Source: Flaccisagitta enflata
Lineage: Eukaryota
Direction of reading: 5' to 3'
DNA length: 64,000 nt
NCBI GenBank assembly: GCA_965153355.1
Contig: OZ231126.1
Location: 29,140,001-29,204,000, forward strand
Below the pieces are notes generated by a model. It did not search any database, was not told the DNA's origin, and saw only the letters and a program-made list of their open reading frames with translations. Of this stretch, positions 12,460 to 24,595 are shown piece by piece; the stretch's first letter is position 1, and each line of letters starts with the position of its first letter. The position numbers were made by a program, and so were the translations under genes.

Positions 12460-15336
12460 TCACGGGGTTAAATTTCTTTCTCTTTCCTCGCTCTCTCTTT
12501 GGAGGGCCGCCAAAAACATCAAAGTCCCGTTATCATGAGCAATCATGGCATTAAAGAAACGCTTTTTTGCTTTCGTGTACAATAATTCGATAGAATCAAA
12601 GCCATAAACTTCCCGTATCTGACGGATACTTTGCCATTGACAAGAACCAAATATACGGCGTATAGCAGTGTTCAGTGCCACATTCATTTGATTCATTTCT
12701 GACGCGCTGGGCTCTTTTACAGGAGCACCAAAAGTAAGTTTAGGTACGCAATTCGAGTATAGTAGTTGCATGAGTACATTTTCCCTTGGTTTTTGAACGC
12801 TTGACAAAATAGAGTTTATGCTACCAAAGAAACCGCGTAAATCTTCATTAAATGAAAATTTTAGTTTATCGTGTGACAATAAATAAAATCCAAAGTACTT
12901 ACAGGATTTAACATAATCAACACTTATTCCATTGACAGTTATCTTCGCCAATGTATCAATAACACGACTAAGCTTACCAAAAACCATCACTTTTGTTTTG
13001 GCCACATTAAATTTGAGGCAAAAACGCGCACAATAGGATGCGCAAACATCAATTAGTTGCTGAAATGCTTCTCGTGTTGGGGCGATGAGCGACATATCGT
13101 CTGCAAAGAGAAGACAAGCTATGAACAAATCTATCATATGACAGCCGACACCCATACTTTTCAAAAGAACAATGAGATCATTGATATAGACCGCAAAAAA
13201 GTCGGGTGACAATATGCCACCCTGCTTCGTGCCACACAGAACCCGGAATGAATTTGATCGTGCATTAGACCATTTAACATCGTATGACATGTGCAGATAC
13301 CAAAACATTATTAGTAACAAAAAGCAAAGCGGAACCTTTCGATCCATTAACTTAAGAAACAGTCCGCTGTGAGATATAGTGTCAAATGCTTTCGAGTAAT
13401 CCAAAAAAGCAACATATACATTGGAACCCCTCTCTGTGAAATAGTCAACACATGACTTAAGGGTGAAAACTGCATGATTGACACTGTGCTTTGGCTTAAA
13501 GCCAAATTGCAAATCCTGACTGGACAAATAGCGTCCAAATTTCAACCGCAACGCATTTTCGAACATATGTGCAAAGACGCTACTCAAAGTGACACCCCTG
13601 TAATTATCTGTGGCGTTTAGATCCCCAGAACTATCCTTTACTACGGGTGAAATTGTCCCCTTTAAGAAATCGACGGGGACAAAAGAATGTTGCAAGAAGG
13701 AGTTGAATAAAAGATGCAAGTGAATGGCTAATTTGGGACTACCGTGTAAAATGTGCTCAGCAGTGAAGTAAGAATTTGTACTTTTCCCTTCTTTCAACTT
13801 GCCTGAAATTGAGATCATGTCGTCCCATGAAATGAAGAAGGAAGAAATTGAGTCGTTCCACGCATTACTGAAATAGTCGGGAAACCTGTTGGCGAATTCG
13901 CGTTGAAGTTCTTTGTGCGCATCTGTGTCGTTTTTGCCGTAGATGCCCTGAAAATAGGATTGAAACAAACTGGCAATATCGGGTTCTTCAACTGCATCAC
14001 CAATACGACTAACTGGAGGACTCTTAGATTGGGACATTTTCTTCCAATCCCTCCAAAAGCGAATAAAATTCTTGTTCATCAAGTTATCCCCTAAGGCTTC
14101 ACTCTTTTCAGCGGCCATCTGTCGACGACGCCTACGGAGCTCAGCCTTAAATATGTAGTGACAGGATTTTTTGTGCTCAAAGGAGGGACCAGAGGATGGG
14201 CGTCCGTCCGTTTTCCAAGCATCATATGCATTAACTGATTCCCGTTTAAGCTGAGACAAGTTTTCAGTCCAAAAATCTTTTCCCCTTGTACCATGGGGGG
14301 ATTTTCTAGGCAGTAACGAATCTGCTACTTCTAAGACTGATAATAATGAATGATAATATGCATTAATTTGAAAAACATGCTGTTCACAAAAACACCACTT
14401 ATCTCCGTGAACAATGTCAGTCGGTACAACCAGAGAATCTAACATTTCTCCCATCGTATCACTGTACTTAACCAGATCCTCGCGCGGTATTGAAGACCAA
14501 GCAACTCTTTTGTTACCATTTTGAGGCTCGGCGTAACCACCATTACCAGTTACCATTGGAACTACATCTAATTTAAGTGTTACAGGAACGTGATCGGAGG
14601 GGTTCCGTCCATCGTATTGTATCTCGCATTGATCCACTTGATCCCGCAGCGCACTGCTGATAAAAATATAGTCTAGGAGTGAGTAGGTTTCACTTTTTGT
14701 ACAACAACGAGTGAACGAAGTATCATGATTAAAGGACGGGTCGAGTTCGTGGGTACAGATTAGATCATAATTGTGCATGAATTCGAGAATTGTGTTAGAC
14801 ATTTGCTGCCTACTATCGTAAATGTCATAATTCCAATCACCAGTGATAATAAACTTAACCGTCGGATTATTGATTAAAATATTTTCAACCGTACCAAGCA
14901 CTTCCAAATATTGAACTCTGTGCTCATCATTATTTTGTCTAAAAGGAAAATAGACATTAATAATCATTATCGTATAATCAACATCCAAAAGCTTCATCAC
15001 AGAAATTCTCTCATTTTCATATTCTAGAACCGGTTGTAAAAAAGATGTAAATTGTTTGTTAAAAATGAAGCCAGTACCTCCATAAGGTCTGCCCGAAAGA
15101 ATTGCATTATTATGTACATGTTTCATGGCTGAAACTCCATAACCATCAAAATGCTCATGTACTGTACGTAATTGATTGACTGACTTCAGTCTTTTGTACG
15201 CTGGTCTCAGCCAATGCTCTTGAATGCATAAAATAGAATTAAAATCATCTTCACACATCATTTTTATAAAACTCTCACTACTATTGAATCCATTTATATT
15301 GTGAGAGACTAGATTAATTCTAACCTTATCATCCAT
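12460..15336 (-). CDS. LINE ORF2: APE endonuclease + reverse transcriptase (958 aa from the ATG at 15336)
   Basis: APE motifs SHNING, CIQEHW, TGDWN, LLDYIF, SDHVPV; RT motifs NYRGVTL, QFGFK, FLDYSKAFD, GTKQGGILSP, LFADD; no stops or frameshifts. Confidence 0.95.
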   Translation of the reverse strand: MDDKVRINLVSHNINGFNSSESFIKMMCEDDFNSILCIQEHWLRPAYKRLKSVNQLRTVHEHFDGYGVSAMKHVHNNAILSGRPYGGTGFIFNKQFTSFLQPVLEYENERISVMKLLDVDYTIMIINVYFPFRQNNDEHRVQYLEVLGTVENILINNPTVKFIITGDWNYDIYDSRQQMSNTILEFMHNYDLICTHELDPSFNHDTSFTRCCTKSETYSLLDYIFISSALRDQVDQCEIQYDGRNPSDHVPVTLKLDVVPMVTGNGGYAEPQNGNKRVAWSSIPREDLVKYSDTMGEMLDSLVVPTDIVHGDKWCFCEQHVFQINAYYHSLLSVLEVADSLLPRKSPHGTRGKDFWTENLSQLKRESVNAYDAWKTDGRPSSGPSFEHKKSCHYIFKAELRRRRRQMAAEKSEALGDNLMNKNFIRFWRDWKKMSQSKSPPVSRIGDAVEEPDIASLFQSYFQGIYGKNDTDAHKELQREFANRFPDYFSNAWNDSISSFFISWDDMISISGKLKEGKSTNSYFTAEHILHGSPKLAIHLHLLFNSFLQHSFVPVDFLKGTISPVVKDSSGDLNATDNYRGVTLSSVFAHMFENALRLKFGRYLSSQDLQFGFKPKHSVNHAVFTLKSCVDYFTERGSNVYVAFLDYSKAFDTISHSGLFLKLMDRKVPLCFLLLIMFWYLHMSYDVKWSNARSNSFRVLCGTKQGGILSPDFFAVYINDLIVLLKSMGVGCHMIDLFIACLLFADDMSLIAPTREAFQQLIDVCASYCARFCLKFNVAKTKVMVFGKLSRVIDTLAKITVNGISVDYVKSCKYFGFYLLSHDKLKFSFNEDLRGFFGSINSILSSVQKPRENVLMQLLYSNCVPKLTFGAPVKEPSASEMNQMNVALNTAIRRIFGSCQWQSIRQIREVYGFDSIELLYTKAKKRFFNAMIAHDNGTLMFLAALQRESEERERNLTP

Positions 15337-16471
15337 TACTGATGGGATCGGAAGCGGTGGATCCACCAATGGCTTGAAGACGTTCGTCATTCTTTGGTCG
15401 GAAGAAAGAGCCACAGAGAACTCCTTGTGGCCAAAAATCGCGTTCTTCTATGATCTCGAGGTCGTCACGTTTGACGCGAACCCGAAACGACTTGAAACGG
15501 TTGTGTTTGGTTTCCAGCTGCTCCAGCTCGATGACGGAGACTTTCTGGCCCTCGAGAAACGCACGGACATCATCCATTGAAACGTCGTTATGAACACGTC
15601 CTATATATTTGTTTATCGTTAAGTCAGCGCCTTTCATGGACATCAGGCCTTGATTGACTTTTTTACCGATTATAATTCGCGATTGGGAAGGGGGACGAGA
15701 GCGTTGGGAGGAAGCATCTCGACGAAAACTTCCACCTCCCCCTCTTCCACCTCCTCCTCTACCACCCCTCCGTCCTCTGCCGCCACCTCTTCCTCCACTC
15801 ACAACACCTCCACTTCCACTGCCGTTCGCCGCGTGTCCTTCCGTCCTCGAATTTACCGAGTCATTCGAGGCAGCAACTACTGTATTGAAAGAAGGCGCTG
15901 ACGGGGTAATGGGAGCCGAGGAGATCGACGGTAGATTCATCGCCGATGGTTCTATGGGGAGGGGTGCAGGAGCAAATGGCGGGGGTGGAGGTCGACCTGA
16001 AGATGTCGTCGACGTAGACACTATTTCCGATTTCAAAACATTTATAGACGATTCTAACATTTCCGTGGTAACCATAGATTTTTTGATATCCGTAATAGCC
16101 GCCATCAATTGCCCAATAGTTGGGTTGCCGGAAGCACAGGTTGGGACATTGCTCAGATTGAGAGACGCGAATTTGGGAATAAAAAGACCCTGAGAGTCTC
16201 GACGTGTAAGAATTGAGCATATATCTTCGAGGTTATTTTGTCGTTTGTTTTCATTACGGCGACCTGGACATGGTTCGTTTGTCGCGTCGCATAGCTTTTT
16301 CTTTTCGCCAAAAACAAACTCGTTGTTGGAATAAAAATTGAGACATGTCGCTACAACGTCTTTAACTGGCGTGCTATGTATCTTGTTTGAAATGTAATAC
16401 AGTAGATCCGACGCAATCACTTTGTCGGCAACGGCGATATATGATAGCGTGTTGTCCATTTTGACGTTCAA
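15329..16471 (-). CDS. LINE ORF1 (nucleic-acid-binding; RGG-rich linker, C-terminal RRM-like domain)
   Basis: 380-codon ORF directly upstream of ORF2. KYIGRV...DDVRAFL...FKSFRVRV...FWPQGV is typical of CR1-group ORF1 C-termini. Confidence 0.85.
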   Translation of the reverse strand: MNVKMDNTLSYIAVADKVIASDLLYYISNKIHSTPVKDVVATCLNFYSNNEFVFGEKKKLCDATNEPCPGRRNENKRQNNLEDICSILTRRDSQGLFIPKFASLNLSNVPTCASGNPTIGQLMAAITDIKKSMVTTEMLESSINVLKSEIVSTSTTSSGRPPPPPFAPAPLPIEPSAMNLPSISSAPITPSAPSFNTVVAASNDSVNSRTEGHAANGSGSGGVVSGGRGGGRGRRGGRGGGGRGGGGSFRRDASSQRSRPPSQSRIIIGKKVNQGLMSMKGADLTINKYIGRVHNDVSMDDVRAFLEGQKVSVIELEQLETKHNRFKSFRVRVKRDDLEIIEERDFWPQGVLCGSFFRPKNDERLQAIGGSTASDPISNG

Positions 16472-16753
16472 TTTTTTAACAATGTTATTTTACTTTCATA
16501 TTTACGGTCGGTCGTTTTCTTTCATATTGTAAGTTTGAGTTTGATGTTCACCAGTAAGTTCATCAAAATTCACTTTCGATATATAACAAACAAAACCCCG
16601 CGCAGATGACACATCCAGTAGCCTGATTGAGCTTGTTTTTGCCACTTTAAACAAGTGAAGTAGTAGAAATTAGCTTAGATTAATCAATCAATGCAATAAG
16701 TAATCATCAATGGACAAGTTAAATAATTTAGATGGGAGCATCAAGGACCCATG

Positions 16754-18697
16754 TCAGTGATGCTTGACAAAGTCTGCAATGGACGGTTGCCTACGGGGGA
16801 CATTTTTTAGAAGGGCCGATTCGAGTTTGTTGATGCTGAAGAAATCAAAGTCCGAGGTGAATGAACGTGACTCAAAATATCGCCTCACTTCCTGCAAATA
16901 CTTTTTAGCTTCACTGAGGGAGCAAATGTTGGGCTCCTCCTCCGCAGGATCATCTTCCTCCACTTCCGCGTCTTCGTCGACATCAGACTGAACCAATTCT
17001 GCCAAAATGTCTGCTTCTGTCAGTTCCTCAGATGACAGAAGATTGTCATCAATGCTGATATAATCATCAAAAGTGAGATTATCGGGCAGTTGAAGACGTT
17101 CCCGCAAAATCGACAAAGGAATCGTGTCTTCCTCCTCTTCCTCTTCCTCCCTTTGATCATCACTGCCATCATTGTCTTTCTTCCACCCGGCCTTTCGGAA
17201 ACAGTTTTTCACCGTGTCGGGTTTGACATCTTCCCATGCGGCGGAGATCATTTGTATCGCGTCAAGCACAGTTGGCTGAAAATTGCTCGAAGTGTGCAAA
17301 GCATCAATGTGGGCCAACATTCTGCGGATAAGTCGCGTCCGGTATTTGTGCTTGAGATCGCGGATGATACCAGCGTCACAAGGTTGAGTGTGTGAGGTGG
17401 TGTTTTTAGGAAGAAAGTGAACGTCGAGATTTGTCAGTTTCACCGGAACTGGATTGGGGTGACTCGGACAATTGTCAACGAGAAGAAGACAGCGACGTTT
17501 CTCCTTGCGAAATTTGCTATCCAATGCCTTCAACCAGCCGACAAAAATTTCGCTCGTCATCCAAGCGCGCCTATTGTTTTTGTAGTCCACTGGAAGAGTT
17601 TTGACATTTTTGAAACACCTCGGTTTCTTGGCTTTGCCTATCACGAGAAGTTTGAGTTTTTCGGTTCCTGTCATGTTTGCGCCAACCAAAACTGACAGTC
17701 TTTCCTTTGACTGTTTCCCGCCGGTACAACGCTCGCCGCGAAAATGAAGTCTTGTTTGGTTGCATTTTGTAGAAGAGGCCAGTTTCGTCGGCATTATACA
17801 CGTCAGATGGATCGTAACCCGCAAGAAGCGATGGCAGCACATTTGTCGTCCATTCATTGACAACGTTAAGGTCCACATCGCCTCCCTCCCCTGACACGGC
17901 CTGAGACAATAACAAGGCCTTGCTTTGTTATTTGAACCACTGACGGAGGCGCAGGTAGATCGAAAAGTGGGATGAAAGATTGATGGGAAAAAGACAGACA
18001 GACTGAAAGATTGACAGACTGAAAGAAAGGCAAACTGGAAGAAAGACAGACTGATAGAAAGATAGACTAAAAGAAAGGCTGACTGAAAGAGAGAGAGACT
18101 GAAAGAAAGAGAGACTGGAAGAAAGACAGACTGGAAGAAAGACAGACTGGAAGAAAGACAGACTGGAAGAAAGACAGACTGGAAGAAAGACAGACTGGAA
18201 GAAAGAAAAAATATAAACCGGGACAGGACGAAAGAATGGAATAAAGATTTTCAGACTTATAAATTGAAGGAAAAGTGTTTTTTTTTTTTTCTTGCCTTGA
18301 AGTCGAGGTTTTCACGCTTTGTAAAACGATAAAGCCATCCTCCAGATGCAGAAAAGTCGTTGATTCCCATTTTTTCGGCGAATTCGAGTGCTTTTTCTTG
18401 CACCATCGGTCCGTTTAAACTTATCTTTTGATTTCTAACAACGTGAATCCATTGGACAAGTCTTTGTTCAAGTTCATGAAATGGAGAGAGCGAAACTTTT
18501 TGTCGTTTTGTATCACGGTTATTTTCGAATTCCGCGCGAAGCTTCTTTTCATCTCGTAAAAAGTTTTGCAACGTGCTGGGTGCAATGCCATGCTGCTTAC
18601 AAAGTTCTGGACGGGATTTTCCTTGTTTGACAAGATCGATCAACTCAATCTTCTTTGCGATAGAAAAGCGAACTTGAGTTGTTTTTGGCGAGTTCAT
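16754..18697 (-). pseudogene. Tigger/pogo transposase (CENP-B-type HTH + DDE_1), two exons, one frameshift near 17745
   Basis: Exon 1 (18697-18296): FSIAKKIELI..., GPMVQEKA, FSASGGWLYRF. Exon 2 (17900-16754): VSGEG, YNADETG, SKERLSV, LLVDNC, QPCDAGII. The frame switches after QPNKT. Confidence 0.88.
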
Positions 18698-21600
18698 GAT
18701 GATAAGACGAGATCTTGTGTGATTTGAGATTTTAGGAAATTGTGGGTGCCATGGATCATCATACGATTTTATACCCACTCGTAGGAAAGGTCATGAGTAT
18801 GGAATCATTCATCCCTTAATCCCTCGATACTGTGGCCATTGTTGCCTCAAGTCCATATGGCCATGCAGGATCACCTGTGCCTGGATCGATTTCACCAACG
18901 TCTTCCCTGCCTTTGTCTTTTCTTCATTCATTCACCAATATCAGCTTCTCGAGTGCAGTGACGGTGATTCCGCCGCTCGATCCTCATCCATTCATTCATT
19001 TTTTGTCACAAGCACGCAACTCAATGGTTTGCCGTATCAGTCGGTTCGGCTGTCGCGTTGGTGAAGCTCTCACATCATCAGCCACTGGGTAAACAAGCTT
19101 GATTCGATCCTCTTCTTCTTCTTCTTCTTCTTCTTCTTCTTCTTCTTCTTCTTCTTCTTCTTCTTCTTCTTCTTCTTCTTCTTCTTCTTCTTCTTGATCA
19201 TCTTCTTCATTTTCGTTTTTTCATCCTTTTTTCCCTTTTTTTAGTCGCTTCTCAACCCCAAAAATGCCTTCTAAGCGAGGCTGAAATGCTACAGAAATCA
19301 TCATTTTCATGCGCTATTGCGAATTTTGCCTTATAGGCGGGTGCGCTATTGGCGGGTTTTTCCAACAAAGAATTAAAAGAGAAAAAGTTGGGACTTTGAA
19401 AATCATGCCTAGAAGCGAGGGATGCCTTATTAGCGGGTGTGCTCTAGTGAAATTAAACTGTAGTCGCAAAAGCGTTAGATGGTCAGCGGTACCCGTGCCC
19501 TGCCTGAGTAGGTTGTGGTTGAAGTTGAGGGGGGAGCAGGGCAGCGGTCGATGACCTATGCTTTCACACATATGGGGGATTTTCTCCTTCTTCTCCTCCT
19601 TCTGCGATTTGGGCCTCAAGGCCGGCATCTGGGCCTCTTGGCTGAGATTTTGACATTGAGGCTGAGATTTGGGCTTCAAGACTGTAATCTGGGCCTCCAA
19701 GCTAGGATTTAAGCCTTGAGGCTAGGATTTGGGCCTTGAGGCTGAGATTTGGGCCTGGAGGCTGGGATTTGAGGGGGGGGGGACGTAGGAGAAGAAGAAG
19801 GAGAAGAAGGAGAAAATCCCCCATATGTGTGAAAGCATAGGTCATCGACCCCTTCGGGGCCGCTGCCCAAAAACGGAACAACTTGTTTCGCTAATTTTTC
19901 CCAAACAGAAGGCCTAAACTAAAGAAAACTCATGACCATTCAAAAGCTCTGCAAGAGATCTTTCAAATGCGACGTTGCTGGTCATTCTAGCTTTTTTCGT
20001 TTAGAAATAGCATAAGAATGAGTAAAAACATTACTCCATTGAATATTGGGTTAAATTGAATGAAACGGTTTTGTGAAAAACATTTTAACTTTGACAAGCT
20101 CTAGCTCCTAAACCGTTTGAGATACAGTTCTGGGGTTGGTCTAGATTTAAAGAAAATTCGAAAATCTTTAAAATCACCTAAGAAAAAAAGCTTATATAAG
20201 TTTTTTATTGGGCTTTCTCACAAATCAACGAAGAGCTGCAGCTTTTTCCACTTCAACTTTTACACTTGTGACCACCTCTTCACTATTCTTGTGCCATTTC
20301 TAAACAAATAAAGCGGGGACAACCAGCAAGGTCTCATTCAAAAGATTTTTCACAGAGCTTTCAAACGGTCATGGATTTTCCTACGTTATTTTCATTGGAT
20401 GAATACAAATCAATGAAAAGCATTTTTTTTTCAACCGTTATCTATCTATCTGTGCGTACATCGGTTTGTACATCCATCCATCCATCCACTCATCCCTTAA
20501 GCCCACATTCTTGGCCTTGAGGCCTGGATTTTTGTAATCAGGCCCAACTTTTGGCGTTTCGTTTTGTCCTGGATTTCAAAATTAGAGGGCTGAGACTAGG
20601 ACGCACTTGGCTAGAAAACATGACTGTACTTTGATGGACGAAAAACATTTTGTTTGTGAGACTCACAAACAATAGGGGGGGTCATACAGGGTTGTTTTTG
20701 GAAATTCCTTATGAGACTCCGGAATCTGGGGGTTTATTGAATGTAGAAAAGGATAGAAAAAAAATTGGGTATCCATCTCTTAAGGAAAAATAATCCATTT
20801 TCGATCAAAAATGAGGTATCAGATAGGCGAAAATCGCAAAAATCGCGAAAATCGCGAAAATCGCCAAGATTTAGGCCATTGGTTATAGCCACAAGGGCAC
20901 TAAAAAACATTTGTTTTTGACTTAGATGATGTATTTTCGCTTTACTCTTACCACTCATGTCAATAATTAGGCTTCCAATGCAAGATTTTTCTCATTTTTA
21001 GGGCTCTATACATGCTGCCGTAAAGGGAAAAACTAGCGAAAATAAAAAAAAATGAGAAAATCCTAAGAAAAAGAAAAAAATTGTACTGTCTAGTGTGAGT
21101 CAAAAAATGTGCCTGCTTATTTTAAAGATGCTTGTCTGAATTAGTATTTTCTATTCTCACAATATTTTCCCTTTTTATGTTAAAAAAAAAAACCCTTTTT
21201 TTTACTATGAAATATTTGCCAAAAAGGCAAAAATAAGCGAAATAAAAAAAATTTCAAAATTCAATGCTCAAGCTTCTCCCTCCAGAACTTGCAACCTGGC
21301 ATGGGAGGTTTTCTTTTTGGTTTTTAAGATTTTTTTTAAATTTTTTTTTGTTTTTGTTTTGTTTTTTTGTTTAATCAAAGTTAGCACCTACACAAACATG
21401 GGTAGGGCTTAACAGTCAAACGAAAAACTAGTTTGATGGAATGGCTGATTTTTAACCACTAAAGCAATTTCATCAAAAGCAGTAAAAATGCAAAACTCAA
21501 TGATTTTTTCAATGAATCATAGTATTGTACCATACAATGCACAATAAGGTGATGAGTTCAAACTGTAAAATGTTTGATACAGCAACTGATTTTTAACCAC

Positions 21601-22977
21601 TAAGGCAGTAATAATTAGCAATACAGATTAGATAATTGAATATTGGAATTAGTGAGTGCAGAGAGAAATGAAATAAAAAAAACTGAGCGGGCTCTGTGGT
21701 AGATCACCATGACCTCAGTTCCAAGTAAAAAGAATAAGAATTGCAAAAAGAAATAGCAGCCCAAAGGCAGTAAGTGGTCAGCGGTACCCGTGCCCTGCTT
21801 GAGGAGTGTGTGATTCAAGTTGAGGGGGAGCAGGGCAGCGGCCCCAAGGGGACAAAGTCCTGTAGAACACAGGGGGATTTTGTCCGTCCGTCCGTCCGTC
21901 TGGCCCCCCCCCCCCCCCATCCTCAGGGCTTCATCTCCTTTGGTGCCTATTCTGACCCAAATTCTGCCAAATAGCCCAAATCTAAGCAATATGGCCCAAA
22001 TCTAAGCAAAATGGCCCAAATTCAAGCAATATGGTCCAAATCCAAGCAAAATGGCCCAAATCTGGTCAGAAATTAAGTATCAGAGGCCACAATATAGTTA
22101 ACTAGTCATCCAAGGATCGCACATGGTCAGCGGTACCCGATGCCCTGCTAGGAGTGATCCAGTGAAGAAGTGGAGTGAGAGCAGGGCAGCGGCCCCAAAG
22201 GGCCGATGTCCTGTAGAACACAGGGGGGAATTTCCATACGTCCTGAGGGGGCATATTTCAGGCCTTAGATGACTGATTTAGGCCGCTGAAGGCATATTTG
22301 AAGGCTGGAGGGCATAATTAAGGCTTGGAGAGCCGATCTGAGGTTTGGAGGGCAAATTTAAGCCATGGAGGGCTGATTTTATGCTTGGAGGGCTAATTGA
22401 GGGTCTGGAAGGCAGATTTGAGGTCTGGAGGTCAGATTTGAGGTGGGGGGCTGATCTGAAGCCTGGAAAGCTGATTTGAGGCCTGGGGGGCTAAATTGAG
22501 GGCTGGGAGGGCAAATTTGAGGGCTGGGAGGGCAAATTTGAGGCTAACGGGGGGGGGGACGGAAGGACGGACGGACGGACGTATGGAAATTCCCCCCTGT
22601 GTTCTACAGGACATCGGCCCTTTGGGGCCGCTGCCCAAAAATGGTGGACCTCAGGCCAGGATTGGGGCTCTCTAGCCAGATACAGGCCAGATTTGGGCCA
22701 TTTTGCTTGGATTTGAGCCATAATGCTTGAATTTGGGCCATTTTGCTTAGATTTGGGCAGTATGGCTTGGATTTGGGCCATTTGGCAGAATTTGGGTCAG
22801 AATAGGCCCCAAAGGAGATGAAGCCCTGAGCATAGGGCGGGGGGGGGACATACGTACCGGACAAAATCCCCCTGTGATCTACAGGACTTCGTCCCCTTCG
22901 GGGCCGCTGCCCAAAAATAGCAAATGAGCGGGATTTGTGTAAAATCACCAAGACCTCATTTACTATTTTCAATAATC

Positions 22978-23490
22978 TCATTCATCATTTGGTTGGCAAG
23001 CAGCTTCCACCTTTGGAAAGTAGTCCTTCTTTGATTCAAACTTGGTCAACTCCTGCCTTTCTTTGATCTGTTGAGAGATGAAACCTTCTCTTGCTTCTTG
23101 TCCAATCACTGCAGCAGAAGCCTCAGAGACAAGCCTGATGGCCCTTTCCACTGCCTGGGTGTGGCATGGGTAATTTGGTTCTTCAAGGGGGGCCTCTTTG
23201 ATGGCAATTAGTTCAGCTTCCTTGAAATCCAAAGTGAAAGGTGGCTCTGTCAACTTTGTCAATTCCCAGTCAATCAGTTCAGTGTAGCTAGTTGCACTGA
23301 AATTCACTTTGGGAAAAACAAATTTCCTAACTTGGGAATTTGAAATGGCATGATCTTCTGAAGGGTCCCATCGGAAGGCATCATCTTCTTCCCCTTCAGG
23401 AGGTTCTTCCTCATCTTCATCTTCCTCATCCACGCCTCGCCCATCATCCTCTTGACAGAGGTCTGCCCTTGCTTGGTCTGATTTCATCCG
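22978..23490 (-). pseudogene. C-terminal fragment of a DNA transposase (probably hATm-type)
   Basis: VRKFVFPKVNFSATSYTELIDW...EPPFT...PCHTQAVERAIRLVSEAS...G..AREGFI...FESKKDY is a recognisable transposase C-terminus. The subfamily assignment is from memory. Confidence 0.7.
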
Positions 23491-24121
23491 AATGGTGCCA
23501 ATATCTGCCCTTGAGAGAGATCTTGGTTTTCCCAGTGAGAAGATCCTGCTTGCCACCAGTCCCATGTATGATACAGAAAGGAAAGTGCGATTTGTAGCAC
23601 TTGAGTTTTTCCACCCAGATACCTCTGTTACCATCAGAGTGGCAGCACTTGGGGGACACAGCATGGGAATTCTTGCTCCCCCTGGGCATTACTTGCTGGG
23701 GAAGGAAACTTTGCAACAGCTTTGCCCTTTGGTCCACAATACGAGTGCAGGCAGGCAGGCAGGCTTTATCTCTCAGCAACAAAGAAAAGGAGGGGTCAAA
23801 TATAGTGCCAAAGAGAGCAACTATCGTCCCAATGCAAGTCATGCAGTCAAGGTGGAGACAGACTCTGCAATCCAACTACTTGAGCTTGGATATCAGTTCT
23901 TTGGTAACCATTTCTGTGATACAGTTTATGGCATGGGGATGTGGGAAGATTCATGCTGGTCTGGGCAAATTCCAACCCGTTTCCTGAAGATCTCTTTACA
24001 AGAGCATTAAATTACTTTCAGAAGATAAAATGTTTGAATGTCATGATTTTTTAATGTAATTCTTACCAGAAACGAGATTTGAAGATTACTACATTTTGGT
24101 GTTATAAGTTTCAACTGTGCT

Positions 24122-24595
24122 TTTTTAGTCGCGTGCTACGCGACTCTACACCCCGCTTTGTCGGTCCGTCGGTCGGTCCGTCGGTTGGTCGGTCGGTTGG
24201 TCGGTCCCCTTTTTACTTTTTTGTCCGTTAAGACATTTTTTAAGTCATTGTAGGGTGTGTTAAGTAATCTAAAGTCATTGTAAGTCATGCCTAGTCATTC
24301 TAAGTCATTCTTAATCATTTTAAGTCATTTTAAGTCATTTTAAGTCATTTGGTCATTTAGTCATTTTAAGTCCTTTTTGGTCATTTTAAGTCATTCTAAG
24401 CCATTCTAAGTCATTTTAAGCCATTCTAAGTCATTCTAAGTCATTTTAAGTCTGTAAGTCTCGCACGCGACTTATAGGTGTTGGCCTTGTTCATAAAACA
24501 TTCAAATGTTCTTATCTTAGCAAATGATGGGTGGCCTCAAATATGGCCCCTGCCCACCCGCACGCGACTTGGGTAGCCGTGTATCCGGCCTTGTT
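24122..24595 (+). mobile_element. DINE-1/HINE-like non-autonomous element, family B, with internal 10-bp TAAGTCATTT repeats
   Basis: 5' palindrome AGTCGCGTGCTACGCGACT, (GTCG/GTCC)n tract, 3' CACGCGACT and GCCGTGTATCCGGCCTTGTT end, T-rich insertion site. Related copies at ~24860, 40729-40880, 41035-41281, 42167-42375(-), 42409-42668(-), 48667-48839(-), 50475-50685, 57638-57849(-) and 60686-60894. Confidence 0.75.

Larger units (their letters stand above)
12331..16622 (-). mobile_element. Full-length CR1-group (CR1/L2/Crack-like) LINE
   Basis: Intact ORF1 and ORF2; short 3' UTR ending AATAAAACG(ATA)n at ~12331; 5' boundary approximate; no TSD seen. Confidence 0.9.
12126..19460 (-). mobile_element. 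Tigger/pogo DNA transposon (~3 kb of its own sequence) interrupted by a LINE
   Basis: Imperfect TIRs CAGTCGAGCTTCACTAGAGCGCA / TGTGCTCTAGTGAAATTAAACTG; TA TSD at 12124-12125 and 19461-19462; internal pogo transposase. Confidence 0.85.

Noticed and set aside
15337-15414. ORF-track start of LINE ORF2 at 15414
   Set aside because: Non-ATG start inside ORF1. The ATG at 15336 directly precedes the APE motif and is more likely.
23492-24010. 172-aa + strand ORF next to the transposase fragment
   Set aside because: No recognisable motif or splice signals; cannot be supported.
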